The position numbers and the translations under genes were made by a program. Positions 15,128-24,379 of a DNA stretch of 26,849 nt are shown piece after piece. The number at the start of each line of letters is the position of its first letter. Within the stretch, counting starts at the first letter, position 1. The DNA lies in IMG/VR virus record IMGVR_UViG_3300046725_000025, positions 1 to 26,849 of that record; one strand, 5' to 3'. The notes beneath the pieces were generated by a model, which was given only the letters and a program-made list of their open reading frames with translations, made no database searches and had not been told where the DNA came from. The stretch comes from a virus (lineage: Duplodnaviria; Caudoviricetes).

Positions 15128-15397
15128 CGTTCAGCTCCCATGTAGTTGGCGCAACTTTGCGCAACTCGTTTTTAGTTTAGGAAACACGTACACACAACCA
15201 GAAACACACGCACACAGCTTACTCCACAATCCGTGGATTTTTCCCCGAAAACTACAAAATCAGCCAGAAAAAATATAATTAAAGAGCGTCATCAAAGTCT
15301 TATGTAGTGGTCACGGCTCCGTCACGTTGACCGGCCTTTTGCTCGCGAGCAGTTTCGCCCACCGAAGTGACCGACAACACCGGCGAGGCGTAAGACG

Positions 15398-15658
15398 ATG
15401 ACTACCTACGATGTTCGCTTTAATTACCGTCGCCTAAAGGCCGACATCAAGCTCGAAATCCCCGAACTGCCGAAGCTGTTTCGCAAACACTTTGGCGTCA
15501 AGCTCACCCGCTCCGGCATGTATGCCTGGTTTGAACGCGGCTCAATGCCGCTTGAGCGCCTGGTGCAATTGCTCACCATCGTGATGATGGAGAGCGACAA
15601 GAAAGTCAGGCTCAATATTTGGGATTACATCGAAGCCACCGCCAAGAAGGCGGCGTGA
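15398..15658 (+). CDS. Cro-like regulator
   Basis: LTRSGMYAWFERGSMP HTH-like motif; first gene divergent from the repressor. Confidence 0.6.
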   Translation: MTTYDVRFNYRRLKADIKLEIPELPKLFRKHFGVKLTRSGMYAWFERGSMPLERLVQLLTIVMMESDKKVRLNIWDYIEATAKKAA

Positions 15659-16578
15659 TGGCGCGCCAAACCATCCACAGCGAATCGCAATGGCACGAGC
15701 TGCGCGCCAAGAATGTCGGCGCGTCCGACGTGGCGGCGCTCTTTGACTGCGGCTTTCAAAGTAAGTTCCAACTCTGGCACGAGAAGCGCGGCACGTTGCA
15801 ACGCGAAGACTTGAGCGACAACGAGCGCGTGGTGCTGGGTCGATGCCTTGAGGGTGGCATCGCGACGGCGGCGAGCGAATTGTATGGACTCAATCTATAC
15901 AAGGCCGACTGCTACGTGACCGACGACGTGACGCCGGGCTTGGCATCGACCCCCGATTTTTTTCTGAATGACAACGGCGTTGAAATCCCCGTCGAAGTTA
16001 AAAACGCATCGTGGGGTGCATGGCGCGATAACTGGATCATTCACGAGGATGGCGCAGTCGAGCCACCGCTGCGTTACTTGCTGCAAGTGCAGACGCAACT
16101 CGCCTGCCTCAATGCGCCGCGCGGCATCTTGATCGCGCTGATTAGCGGCGACCGCATCGTGCGCTGCGATATTCCACGCCACCAAGAAAGCATCGGCGAG
16201 ATACGCCGACGTGTCGCGGCGTTTTGGGACTCTGTTGCCGAAGGCGAGGAGCCGGAGGCGCAGCTCCCTCGTGACCTTGATGCGATGAAGCGCGTATGGG
16301 GTGCAGGCGAGGGGTCGGTCGATTTGTCGGGCGATCCCGATGTGGAAGGCTGGCTCAATCTGATTGCGGACTTGCGCGCCACCAAAAAACGTTTCGAGAC
16401 CGACATCGACATCACCGAAGGCCACGTACTTAAGTATTGCGTGGACGCAGGCTATGCCGCCGTGAAGTGCAACGCTGGACGTATCAGCGTGAAGACGCGA
16501 CCGGCGAAAGACGCGCGCATGGTGGAGTACAAGGCGCAGCCAGCCAAAATCGAAATGCGGATTACGGCGGCGAAGTGA
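15658..16578 (+). CDS. YqaJ / lambda-exonuclease family protein
   Basis: WHELR...VGASDVAALF...G..LE...ASTPD...EVKN...Y.LQVQ.QL. Confidence 0.9.
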   Translation: MARQTIHSESQWHELRAKNVGASDVAALFDCGFQSKFQLWHEKRGTLQREDLSDNERVVLGRCLEGGIATAASELYGLNLYKADCYVTDDVTPGLASTPDFFLNDNGVEIPVEVKNASWGAWRDNWIIHEDGAVEPPLRYLLQVQTQLACLNAPRGILIALISGDRIVRCDIPRHQESIGEIRRRVAAFWDSVAEGEEPEAQLPRDLDAMKRVWGAGEGSVDLSGDPDVEGWLNLIADLRATKKRFETDIDITEGHVLKYCVDAGYAAVKCNAGRISVKTRPAKDARMVEYKAQPAKIEMRITAAK

Positions 16579-17309
16579 TCGACCAAACCGCCCACGAGTT
16601 TGCGCTGGCGCTAGCGATGTCGCGCTACAAGGTGCGGGGCTCTACGGAAACGTTTGGCCGCGACGACCCTCTGGTAACGGACTACATGGGCAATCGTGGC
16701 GAGTATGAGCTGAAACGGCGTTACGGATTGAAAATGAATACCGACAACCAGCCGCAAGGTGACGGCGGTATAGATTTTAGATTTTTCCTAAAAGGCAAGC
16801 CGCGCACCATTGATGTCAAGACCAGCCCAACGCCATTTAACTTGCTGGTGAAAGAGGCTGACATTCGTCGCTGCGCAGAATTTCTGGTGCTTGCGTATCT
16901 AGATAAAGACCCGAACAACTTACTTGTGCCGGACCAAGAAGGCGACCGCGTTGTCCTTCTTGGATGGGAAAACCCTTGCATCCTGCAAACCAGTGTCCCG
17001 AAGGTATTTCATCCAGGGAGCAACTTAGAAAAACCCATTAAGAGTTATCACCGACCGTGGCATCAGCTTCGCGCAATGTGGCAATTCACTTTTCTAATGG
17101 AGGAAAGAACCGATGAGCAAGGCAATTTCCTTAGACAAATTACGACACCTCGCGAATCGCTGCGAGAACGCGACGCACAAACGATGCAAGTGCCGCTGTG
17201 GGGGGGAGTTCCACGGAATTTTTCATCCGCAAGCGTGGGTGGAGGAAGAAGTGGAACGGGATCGGCAGGGCCTACCGAGAGGCAGGCAACTGGATTGGGT
17301 TGGCCATGA
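16575..17309 (+). CDS. PD-(D/E)xK nuclease-like protein
   Basis: G..GE...GDGGIDF.......IDVKT; GTGA overlap start. Confidence 0.55.
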   Translation: MIDQTAHEFALALAMSRYKVRGSTETFGRDDPLVTDYMGNRGEYELKRRYGLKMNTDNQPQGDGGIDFRFFLKGKPRTIDVKTSPTPFNLLVKEADIRRCAEFLVLAYLDKDPNNLLVPDQEGDRVVLLGWENPCILQTSVPKVFHPGSNLEKPIKSYHRPWHQLRAMWQFTFLMEERTDEQGNFLRQITTPRESLRERDAQTMQVPLWGGVPRNFSSASVGGGRSGTGSAGPTERQATGLGWP

Positions 17310-17331
17310 ACAAGTTGAGCAACACGCATGA
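17113..17331 (+). CDS. Small Cys-rich protein
   Basis: CENA...CKCRCGGEFHG; GGAGG upstream; ATGA overlap with next gene. Confidence 0.65.
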   Translation: MSKAISLDKLRHLANRCENATHKRCKCRCGGEFHGIFHPQAWVEEEVERDRQGLPRGRQLDWVGHEQVEQHA

Positions 17332-17570
17332 CTGAAGAACTAACCGACGACGAGAAGCGCGTTCGCTTGCTGCGCGCCTGCGTGCATGTGTGCGGCGCGA
17401 TGTTGTACGAGGCTTACGACAAACCCTACAACGTGATCTTGCTGGTGTGCCCAAAAGACGAAGCCGCCGTGTCGCTGTGCAGTCGCGTGGAATCAGATGA
17501 AGCGCTTAACGGCATGGCCACCGTGTTTATGAACACGATCAAAGAAAAGGGCCGCGAGGTATTGCAGTAG
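17328..17570 (+). CDS. Hypothetical protein
   Basis: 80 aa, tiles between neighbours. Confidence 0.65.
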   Translation: MTEELTDDEKRVRLLRACVHVCGAMLYEAYDKPYNVILLVCPKDEAAVSLCSRVESDEALNGMATVFMNTIKEKGREVLQ

Positions 17571-18211
17571 TGCGCGCCCGCCACCTGCCCAAACGTGCCC
17601 GCAAGTTTGTCCGCGACGATGGCGCGCTTGACATGATCGCGATGCACCGCGCGCTGTACGTGAATTTGAATTTAGGCGCGGAGCCGCTGGTGTGGCGCGA
17701 GCGTCAGTTCCAAGCGTCCGTGATCGAGTACATCGACAAGCGCTATCCGGCGATCGGCGCGCTGTGCTTTCACGTCCCGCTTGAGCTACTGCGCCGGGAC
17801 ACACACTCGGCCGGAATGTTTCACGCGCTCGGCGCGCGCGCGGGTGTAGCCGACATCGTGATGCTGAAACCGGCAGGCGGATATCACGGCCTAGTGCTTG
17901 AGCTGAAAGTGAAACCGAATCGGCCAACGATATCGCAATGCGAATTTTTGAAGGCGGCGCGCGAGCAAGGCTACGCGGCGTGCTGGTCTGACTCCTACAA
18001 CACCATCTTGAAATTGATCGACGTTTATTTGTCGTTGCCACCCCGCGCGCTGATGCGCGAACTCACCCCATCGCCGGAGGAAGCTATCCATGCAATCCAC
18101 AGCAGTCACCAAAGCGCCGATGAAACCCATCGACGTAGTGCGCGCGCAACTCACGTTGCCGTCAATGAAGGAACAACTCGCGATGGCGCTACCGCAGCAC
18201 GTCACCGTTGA
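17570..18211 (+). CDS. VRR-NUC domain nuclease
   Basis: FHVP...GARAGVADI...GYHGLVLELK......SQ.EFL......GY. Confidence 0.82.
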   Translation: MRARHLPKRARKFVRDDGALDMIAMHRALYVNLNLGAEPLVWRERQFQASVIEYIDKRYPAIGALCFHVPLELLRRDTHSAGMFHALGARAGVADIVMLKPAGGYHGLVLELKVKPNRPTISQCEFLKAAREQGYAACWSDSYNTILKLIDVYLSLPPRALMRELTPSPEEAIHAIHSSHQSADETHRRSARATHVAVNEGTTRDGATAARHR

Positions 18212-19031
18212 TAAGTTTCTCCGTGTTGCAGTCACCGCCCTACAACAAAATCCTGCGCTCTTATCTGCGGATCGCAATTCACTGTTTGCGGCAGTGGTTA
18301 CGTCCGCACAACTCGGATTGCTACCGGACTCGCAACTGGGTGAGGCGTACTTCGTTCCGTTCAAAGGCAAGGTCCAACTAATCCCCGGCTATCGAGGGCT
18401 TCTCAAGCTCGCCCGCCAGGGCGACATCGGCTACGTGGAAGTCGAGACCATCCACCAGAACGATGACGTGCTCTGGATCAACGGCGACGAGTCGCGCTTT
18501 GAATCGCGGGTGAACTGGAAGGATCGCGGCCCGCTGGAAGGCTTCTATGCGCTGGCCAAGTTCCGCGACGGCGGCATTGCGGCGCGCGTCGTGATGACCA
18601 AAGAACAAGTCGATGCCATCCGTGGCCGATCGCAGGCGGCGAACGGCCCGGCCTGGTCCGACAACTACGAGGAGATGGGCAAGAAAACCGCCTTGCGCCG
18701 CCTGTCCAAAATCCTACCGCTGTCCACCGTGGCGGCGAACGCTTTCCGGGTGAGCGAGCTGCACGAGGAGCTGCACCGGCCTAGCCAAGTCATCAACGGC
18801 GAGGTGGTGAGCGACGAGCCGGAGGCCGCTAACGATGAAATCGTGCTTGAGACGAAACCTAAGCGCCGCAGGAGCGCGCTCGATGACTTGCCACAAGACA
18901 CCGGACAAGCGTCAACGCGTCGTCCGGTGGCGTCAGGCGGCGGCGACAGACCCGATTTGAGGGTCGATCCTGAGACCGGCCGCATTCTTGACGATGGGGA
19001 AGGCGATGAGGAAACGCAAGGCGCTGCATGA
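18090..19031 (+). CDS. recT: RecT-family ssDNA annealing protein
   Basis: ALPQHVTVDKFLRVAVT...AQLGL.PD..LGEAYFVPF...QLIPGYRGL..LAR...W..NYEEMGKKTALRRL.K.LPLS. Confidence 0.93.
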   Translation: MQSTAVTKAPMKPIDVVRAQLTLPSMKEQLAMALPQHVTVDKFLRVAVTALQQNPALLSADRNSLFAAVVTSAQLGLLPDSQLGEAYFVPFKGKVQLIPGYRGLLKLARQGDIGYVEVETIHQNDDVLWINGDESRFESRVNWKDRGPLEGFYALAKFRDGGIAARVVMTKEQVDAIRGRSQAANGPAWSDNYEEMGKKTALRRLSKILPLSTVAANAFRVSELHEELHRPSQVINGEVVSDEPEAANDEIVLETKPKRRRSALDDLPQDTGQASTRRPVASGGGDRPDLRVDPETGRILDDGEGDEETQGAA

Positions 19032-19263
19032 CGCCCTGCCGTTCACTTACGAGCCGTGCGCCGTATGTCAACGCGAGGGGATTGTCGGCCAGGAGATAGC
19101 GCCGTACTGGTGGGGGAAGCTGATAGGGCACACATGGTGTCATTCAGCCTGTGCAGAGAAATACCGACGAGCGCTAGTTGCCGCTCAACGTGCGAGAGAA
19201 GTTGAGGGTTACAGACGAGCGGAGCCGGTAAGGCGAAAAGTGGCACGGGATAGGTCGGTGTAG
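19006..19263 (+). CDS. Hypothetical Zn-binding protein
   Basis: CAVC...WCHSAC. Confidence 0.5.
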   Translation: MRKRKALHDALPFTYEPCAVCQREGIVGQEIAPYWWGKLIGHTWCHSACAEKYRRALVAAQRAREVEGYRRAEPVRRKVARDRSV

Positions 19264-19629
19264 CTGCACATAGCGCCGGAGGGTATTCGCAAGTAGTCGA
19301 TTTTGCAATGCAACGAACGGTGGAGACGCATGAACATGCACCGCGCCCGTTCGAGATTCGTGTAGCGGGGGAACCGGGAAAACACGACGCGCCGCAGGGT
19401 TAAGACCGCAGGGCGCGACAACCGGCAGACATGGGAATAAGTGTCTGTGAGCTGCGATCACGGGTTTCACCGCCATACGGGCCTTGAACCTAAGACCCGG
19501 ATAACTCGCTTCACGCGGGAAGTCCGGGTTTTGTTCAGATTTTGCAGGGACCAAATTTTCCGCCTCCGTTCCTTAGTCTTTCTGAACCAGTCTGGACAAT
19601 CTGAATACTTGAACCAATAGAGGCTTTGT

Positions 19630-19845
19630 ATGTTCACGATTACCGACGAATGGCTTGTCACGCATGCAACAACTGAAATGGGTTGGACCAAAGCGCAGCT
19701 CGCCGTCATGGGCATCGCATGGCCACCGGTGAAAGGCTGGAAACGATCCTTGATCGGCAAACAAATTACCGACGATGAAAAGCGTCGGTTTGAATCAGCG
19801 AAAAAGAAGCCGTTTGGACATCAAATTCAAAATCAATTGTTGTGA
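19630..19845 (+). CDS. Conserved hypothetical protein
   Basis: GWTKAQLAVMGIAWPPVKGWK motif. Confidence 0.75.
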   Translation: MFTITDEWLVTHATTEMGWTKAQLAVMGIAWPPVKGWKRSLIGKQITDDEKRRFESAKKKPFGHQIQNQLL

Positions 19846-19873
19846 AAGTAAGTAACGAACCGGGGACTACATC

Positions 19874-20743
19874 ATGGCCAACATCATTGAGCTGAAGCAT
19901 GCACAAAAACTGCATGGGGGTGATGGGACGATTGTTTCTGAAGTCGTGAAGATCACGCCCGCGATGGCGACCGCGTGGCTACGAGCGAATCGAAAGAATC
20001 GGCCAGTGCGCAAGCGACACATCATGTTTCTCGCAAGCGAACTGCTTTCCGGCAATTGGAAAGTGAACGGCCAGGCGATCATCATCGCAGAGAATGAAAA
20101 CGTCCTGGATGGCCAGCACCGTCTCATGGCCTGCATCGAGGCGGGCATCCCGTTTGAAACGCTGGTGGTGTATGGCGTCAAGGAGGAGGCATTCGCAACG
20201 ATCGACACCGGCGCGGTGCGCTCTGGCGCTGACGCACTCTGTCTGCATTTTTCTGAATATCCGATCAACACCGTCAAAGCCGTGGCCACCGCCGTGACAT
20301 GGGTGCGTCCGCTTGAGAAAGGGAACATTCACCACTGCAACGCGAAAATGTCCAACACCGACATTATCGAGTACGCAAAGGAACACCTCACGCTATTCCA
20401 TCGAGCCGAAACCTTGCAGGGATATCCGAAAGACAATCGACCTATCTCCGTTGGCGTCGGCACCGCGCTGTATGAAGTGTTCGCCCGCAAGAACGAGGAG
20501 CTGGCCGACTGCTTTATGAACGACTTGTACACCGGCGAAAAGTTGGAGCGTAACGATGTCGCGTTTGTGCTTCGCAACGCCTTCCAGAAAGACGCACAGC
20601 GCACTACGTCGAAGCTGCCGACTTCGATCAAGGCCCGGATGATTATCAAAGGATGGAACTGGCGGCGGCGCGGCATGCCGATGGCCACCTATCAAACCGT
20701 CACCGTATCGGCCAACGATGAACAACGGATCAGCATCCTATGA
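19874..20743 (+). CDS. ParB-like N-terminal domain protein (DGQHRL)
   Basis: ITPAMATAWL..N.KNRPV...G.W..NG..I.......LDGQHRL.A...IDTGAVRS. Confidence 0.75.
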   Translation: MANIIELKHAQKLHGGDGTIVSEVVKITPAMATAWLRANRKNRPVRKRHIMFLASELLSGNWKVNGQAIIIAENENVLDGQHRLMACIEAGIPFETLVVYGVKEEAFATIDTGAVRSGADALCLHFSEYPINTVKAVATAVTWVRPLEKGNIHHCNAKMSNTDIIEYAKEHLTLFHRAETLQGYPKDNRPISVGVGTALYEVFARKNEELADCFMNDLYTGEKLERNDVAFVLRNAFQKDAQRTTSKLPTSIKARMIIKGWNWRRRGMPMATYQTVTVSANDEQRISIL

Positions 20744-20955
20744 GTAAACACGTCACGACTCACTTTGCCCAAGCCCACGTCGGCGCGATCAGACGCAAGA
20801 TCACGCGCGCGCCAACGTGGGACGATGTAGCCGATGCTTACGATGCGGGCCTGAATCATGCGCTGCATTCCGACTCACGCAACCGCACGCGGCTAATGAG
20901 CTACGTGAACGCGATGCGCGTGGTCAATGCCGAACACAAGGAGAGCGCCCCATGA
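20740..20955 (+). CDS. Hypothetical protein
   Basis: ATGA overlaps at both ends. Confidence 0.6.
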   Translation: MSKHVTTHFAQAHVGAIRRKITRAPTWDDVADAYDAGLNHALHSDSRNRTRLMSYVNAMRVVNAEHKESAP

Positions 20956-21290
20956 GCGCATCGAAGCTATACCCCAAAACCTACAAAGGACGCGAGGAGT
21001 CGGGCGGCTACATCGCCTTGAACGAAAGCCGTAAATCAGAGGACTCACCACACTACCGAGGGCGCGTCTTTCTGTCCGGCATCGGCTGGTATTGGGTATC
21101 CGGTTGGCTACGCGAGTCCGCTAAAGGCGAGATGATTTCAATCAGCCTCAAGGAAATCAGCGATAAAGAAGCTGAACAGTACTGCGCACCGAAACAACCC
21201 AAAAAACGCAGTCACAAACGTGAGCCGGGCGACGATGACGATACTGACACGTCAGTCGATAGCGGCCGGACAAGCGATATCCCGTTCTAA
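20952..21290 (+). CDS. Putative phage ssDNA-binding protein (DUF736-like)
   Basis: N..K.....PHYRG......YWVSGW......ISISL with acidic tail ending DIPF. Confidence 0.6.
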   Translation: MSASKLYPKTYKGREESGGYIALNESRKSEDSPHYRGRVFLSGIGWYWVSGWLRESAKGEMISISLKEISDKEAEQYCAPKQPKKRSHKREPGDDDDTDTSVDSGRTSDIPF

Positions 21291-21420
21291 TCACCCTCAC
21301 CCCCCCGGTTGCTTGTAGGACACGCCGGAGGGGAATAAAGCGTTCTACTTATTGTTGATTCTTATTATATGTGGGCGTATCGTTTTACCCCGTCAACCAC
21401 ATGACGCCAGGAGACGCAAC

Positions 21421-21693
21421 ATGAAGATGGTCTGCGAGATAGAAGGGTGTGGCGAGGAGTTAAGCGAGGGGTGTGGCTCAAAGGGCGGGCTAATGATTTG
21501 CCACAATTGTCGGGGTAGTTCGTACTACTGGAAAAAGCAGGGAGTCGGCGCAGCACGCGAACGACGCGAAAGACTACAGCTATACACGCATCGCATCGAA
21601 TACTACGAGCCGCGCGTACTCAAAATGATAAATGACGCCAAACGCAGCGTGAAAGCCGATCGCGCCCGCGCGAACGCAGCAATGCACCACTAA
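21421..21693 (+). CDS. Hypothetical Zn-binding protein
   Basis: CEIEGC...CHNC; AGGAG upstream. Confidence 0.65.
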   Translation: MKMVCEIEGCGEELSEGCGSKGGLMICHNCRGSSYYWKKQGVGAARERRERLQLYTHRIEYYEPRVLKMINDAKRSVKADRARANAAMHH

Positions 21694-21712
21694 TAAAACG
21701 AGGGACTAACCA

Positions 21713-22348
21713 GTGGCGAAAGTAACTAACACGACCGGCCTTATCAATGCGCCGAAACCTAAACCACCGAAACCGAAACCGTCACCGAAAAATTTTGTGT
21801 GGCCACTAAAGGCCACCGACGAGGACAAGCAAAAGTTTGCAGCGTCCCTACAGGAGCTACTGCCGCCGGTTAAATGGACGCACAGCGACTTGGCGGAGGC
21901 GCTGTGGGGACGCGACAACTTTACCGCGCGGAACATCGGCAAGACGCGCGAATGGATACGCGCCCAGGGCCGCTTTCCCAATGATGTAGAAGCGGCGTAC
22001 GTCGCGCAGCTATTAGAAGTGCCGATGCAGCAGCTCATGCAGCCCACCGCGCCATTCGATCCGACTGGCGGCGGCATGGTGCGTCCAATGAGAGTGCCGA
22101 AAACGAAAGCGGCCCAAGCTGATTCAGAAGGATCAAAGCCAGGCCCGAAAGCCAAGCCGCTCGCCAACGGTCACGACCCCCATGACCGGCGCTGGATACT
22201 GCCTGAAGGGATGGAAGTACCCAACGTGAAGCTCGAAACCTACAAAGAGCGCGCTGGCTTTTTGATGGTGACGATCAGCGGCGTGATGCCCGCTCAAGTC
22301 GGGCGAGCCATCATGCAGTTGGCCGATTGTAAGCCAGCGAATGAGTAA
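21713..22348 (+). CDS. XRE-like HTH protein
   Basis: FAASLQELL....WTHSDLAEAL...W.....FP....AAYVAQLLEV....L. Confidence 0.55.
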   Translation: MAKVTNTTGLINAPKPKPPKPKPSPKNFVWPLKATDEDKQKFAASLQELLPPVKWTHSDLAEALWGRDNFTARNIGKTREWIRAQGRFPNDVEAAYVAQLLEVPMQQLMQPTAPFDPTGGGMVRPMRVPKTKAAQADSEGSKPGPKAKPLANGHDPHDRRWILPEGMEVPNVKLETYKERAGFLMVTISGVMPAQVGRAIMQLADCKPANE

Positions 22349-22350
22349 CC

Positions 22351-22617
22351 ATGCGCGGCGTCCGTTGCAATCTTTTAGGCGAGCGATTCGGCTATCTCAC
22401 GGTAGCCGCCTTCCATCCTAATGATTTGCCGGGAACGTGGTGGCTGTGCCGCTGTGATTGCGGCCAGCCCTGCGTCAAGTCGGCGAGCGATCTGCGCCGC
22501 AAGCGGTGGGTTCATTCTTGCGGTTGTCGCGCGCAACTGGTGAAGTCGATACAGCGCCACACCCGCGCCGGGATCGACCGACGACTCGATCACTTACATT
22601 CACTGCACCGGCAATAG
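22351..22617 (+). CDS. Solo Cys-rich domain of the G.RFG.LTV...CxCDCG...SCGC type
   Basis: NLLGERFGYLTV...WLCRCDCG...SCGC; usually fused to HNH/AP2 domains, none here. Confidence 0.65.
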   Translation: MRGVRCNLLGERFGYLTVAAFHPNDLPGTWWLCRCDCGQPCVKSASDLRRKRWVHSCGCRAQLVKSIQRHTRAGIDRRLDHLHSLHRQ

Positions 22618-22626
22618 GGGGCTGTC

Positions 22627-23028
22627 ATGTCACTACGCATCAAATGGGAGTTTGAATACACCGCCAAGGTGCTCGCCGCAGCGGCCATCGAGCAACGCGA
22701 GTTTCGCGACAATCGCATCAACTTTTGGGAAGGCAAAAAGGAATCGGTAATGGAGCGCATTAAATCGGAAGGACTCACCATTGACGAATCACTGGCCGAT
22801 CAATTCGCGGCGTCCAACACTAAGTACGGTTCAAGTGGCGGGCGTGGCGCAACGGTGATGATCGACCCCACCATGCAAGCGGACTTGGACGAATGCGTGC
22901 AAAAGATTCGCGTGCATACCGAGTTTCGCAAGCAGTACGACGCGTGGGCGCAGCTACTGAGCGCGAACCCGGAAACGCGCATCAAACTCGATCACGATGA
23001 TTGGATGTTTTACTTCGGCAAAGGGTAA
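22627..23028 (+). CDS. Conserved hypothetical phage protein
   Basis: R.KWEFEYTA..LA.AA...LDHDDWMFYFG. Confidence 0.75.
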   Translation: MSLRIKWEFEYTAKVLAAAAIEQREFRDNRINFWEGKKESVMERIKSEGLTIDESLADQFAASNTKYGSSGGRGATVMIDPTMQADLDECVQKIRVHTEFRKQYDAWAQLLSANPETRIKLDHDDWMFYFGKG

Positions 23029-23077
23029 TCGACTGACGCCGACGGACGTTCCACATGAAACAATTAGAGATTTTGCT

Positions 23078-23290
23078 ATGCGGAAAAAGATTAGTCTGAT
23101 CCCAGTCAAGCCGATGGGTAACGAGCGCTTCGTGATTTTCCAGTACCGGACTGATCGAATTGACCACTGTCATCTAGTGACTAGTTGCACTAACAGCGAA
23201 TTAGATGACGCGCTGGACCGAATTAAGGACGCGAGAAGAAACGGCGTGATGACAAAAAAGGCCGCGCCCTCGGAAGGAAGCGCGGCCTGA
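23078..23290 (+). CDS. Hypothetical protein
   Basis: About 70 aa; start uncertain. Confidence 0.4.
   Translation: MRKKISLIPVKPMGNERFVIFQYRTDRIDHCHLVTSCTNSELDDALDRIKDARRNGVMTKKAAPSEGSAA
23254..23288 (-). terminator. Possible minus-strand intrinsic terminator
   Basis: AGGCCGCGC/GCGCGGCCT stem preceded by an A6 run on +. Confidence 0.4.
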
Positions 23291-23374
23291 ACAGGGACTA
23301 ACTAAGTCAGGCAACCATGACGCAGGAGGGGTCGCCGACTGACAGTATACACCCGTCAGTCGGCGCTGTAGACC

Positions 23375-23611
23375 ATGACGCTGCCAGAGGCTAGAGTCCG
23401 TTTCCCGCCGATCTGGGTCATTTATGACCGGCCTGCCGACTACCCGGATCACTACGTGGTCCGCGTCTGGTACGGCCTGCACCCGGAGCCGCGTTGCTGG
23501 CTGTTTGAGTCCCTGCAACAGGCGCGCGATCATATTGAACGGGAAGGCGGGAGCGTCCGCATGGATCGGGCCAACACTGACGAAATTATTATTGTGGAAA
23601 CGTGGTTGTGA
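23375..23611 (+). CDS. Conserved hypothetical protein
   Basis: WVIYDRPADYPDHYVVR...IVETWL. Confidence 0.75.
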   Translation: MTLPEARVRFPPIWVIYDRPADYPDHYVVRVWYGLHPEPRCWLFESLQQARDHIEREGGSVRMDRANTDEIIIVETWL

Positions 23612-23991
23612 TTACCGACGAAGCACGTCAGCAATACGAATCGCTTTGCGAAAACTTCATGCGCCGGTTTGAGCGGTTTACGCCGCGCATGAGTCGCTTT
23701 CGTTTCATCGCCTGGCTACAAGAATCGCTGGCGTGGTTCAATATTCCGGTGTGCATCGCTAACACCCTATTGTTTTTCAACACCGGGCGCGGCTCGGATT
23801 TGCTGTTTTACGTCATGCTGGGGGACGCCCTCATTATCACGCTGGCGGCGATCTATCGCGCCATCGTCCACAAACGCTTGTGTCAGGAATGCGAGGAACT
23901 AGACTGCGCCGCGTCGATGTTGACTGACTTCCTTCGCCACAATCCTGAGTTAGCTAAGACCGGCCACTTGGTACGCCTCGCCCGTGACTGA
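23608..23991 (+). CDS. Hypothetical membrane protein
   Basis: Two hydrophobic segments; GTGA overlap. Confidence 0.6.
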   Translation: MITDEARQQYESLCENFMRRFERFTPRMSRFRFIAWLQESLAWFNIPVCIANTLLFFNTGRGSDLLFYVMLGDALIITLAAIYRAIVHKRLCQECEELDCAASMLTDFLRHNPELAKTGHLVRLARD

Positions 23992-24379
23992 CGAATACAA
24001 CATCAACACTTGGCCCAAGTATGGGCGGCTACTCAATGGCGTAGTCGTGCCCTGCACGATGTATGAGTGGGCAATGATGTTTGAGGATATAGCGAATCGC
24101 CGCATCGGCAATGACATCATCGAGGGCGCGCACGTTTCCACGATTTTTCTCGGACTCAATCACGGGTTCAGCAATCGCCCGCTGTGGTTTGAGACGATGA
24201 TCTTTGACTTGGAAATGCACGAGAAAGGCAGTCAACCGCAATGGCGCTACGAAACGCTGGCGGAAGCGCAGGAAGGCCACGCGCGTGCCTGCGCGTGGGT
24301 TCGTGAACATATCGAAGTGATGCGCGCCGAACGACGCGAATCACTACTCGCCGATGTTCCTACGCCAAAGTCACCGTGA
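23984..24379 (+). CDS. Conserved hypothetical phage protein
   Basis: VSTIFLGLNH....PLWFETMIF...RY.T..EA..GH. Confidence 0.75.
   Translation: MTDEYNINTWPKYGRLLNGVVVPCTMYEWAMMFEDIANRRIGNDIIEGAHVSTIFLGLNHGFSNRPLWFETMIFDLEMHEKGSQPQWRYETLAEAQEGHARACAWVREHIEVMRAERRESLLADVPTPKSP

Noticed and set aside
15139-15397. Specific operators and promoters in the repressor/Cro gap (AGTTG-GCG-CAACT, ATGTAGT repeats, CA-rich run)
   Set aside because: The region is probably regulatory, but the motifs are too short and inconsistent to call.
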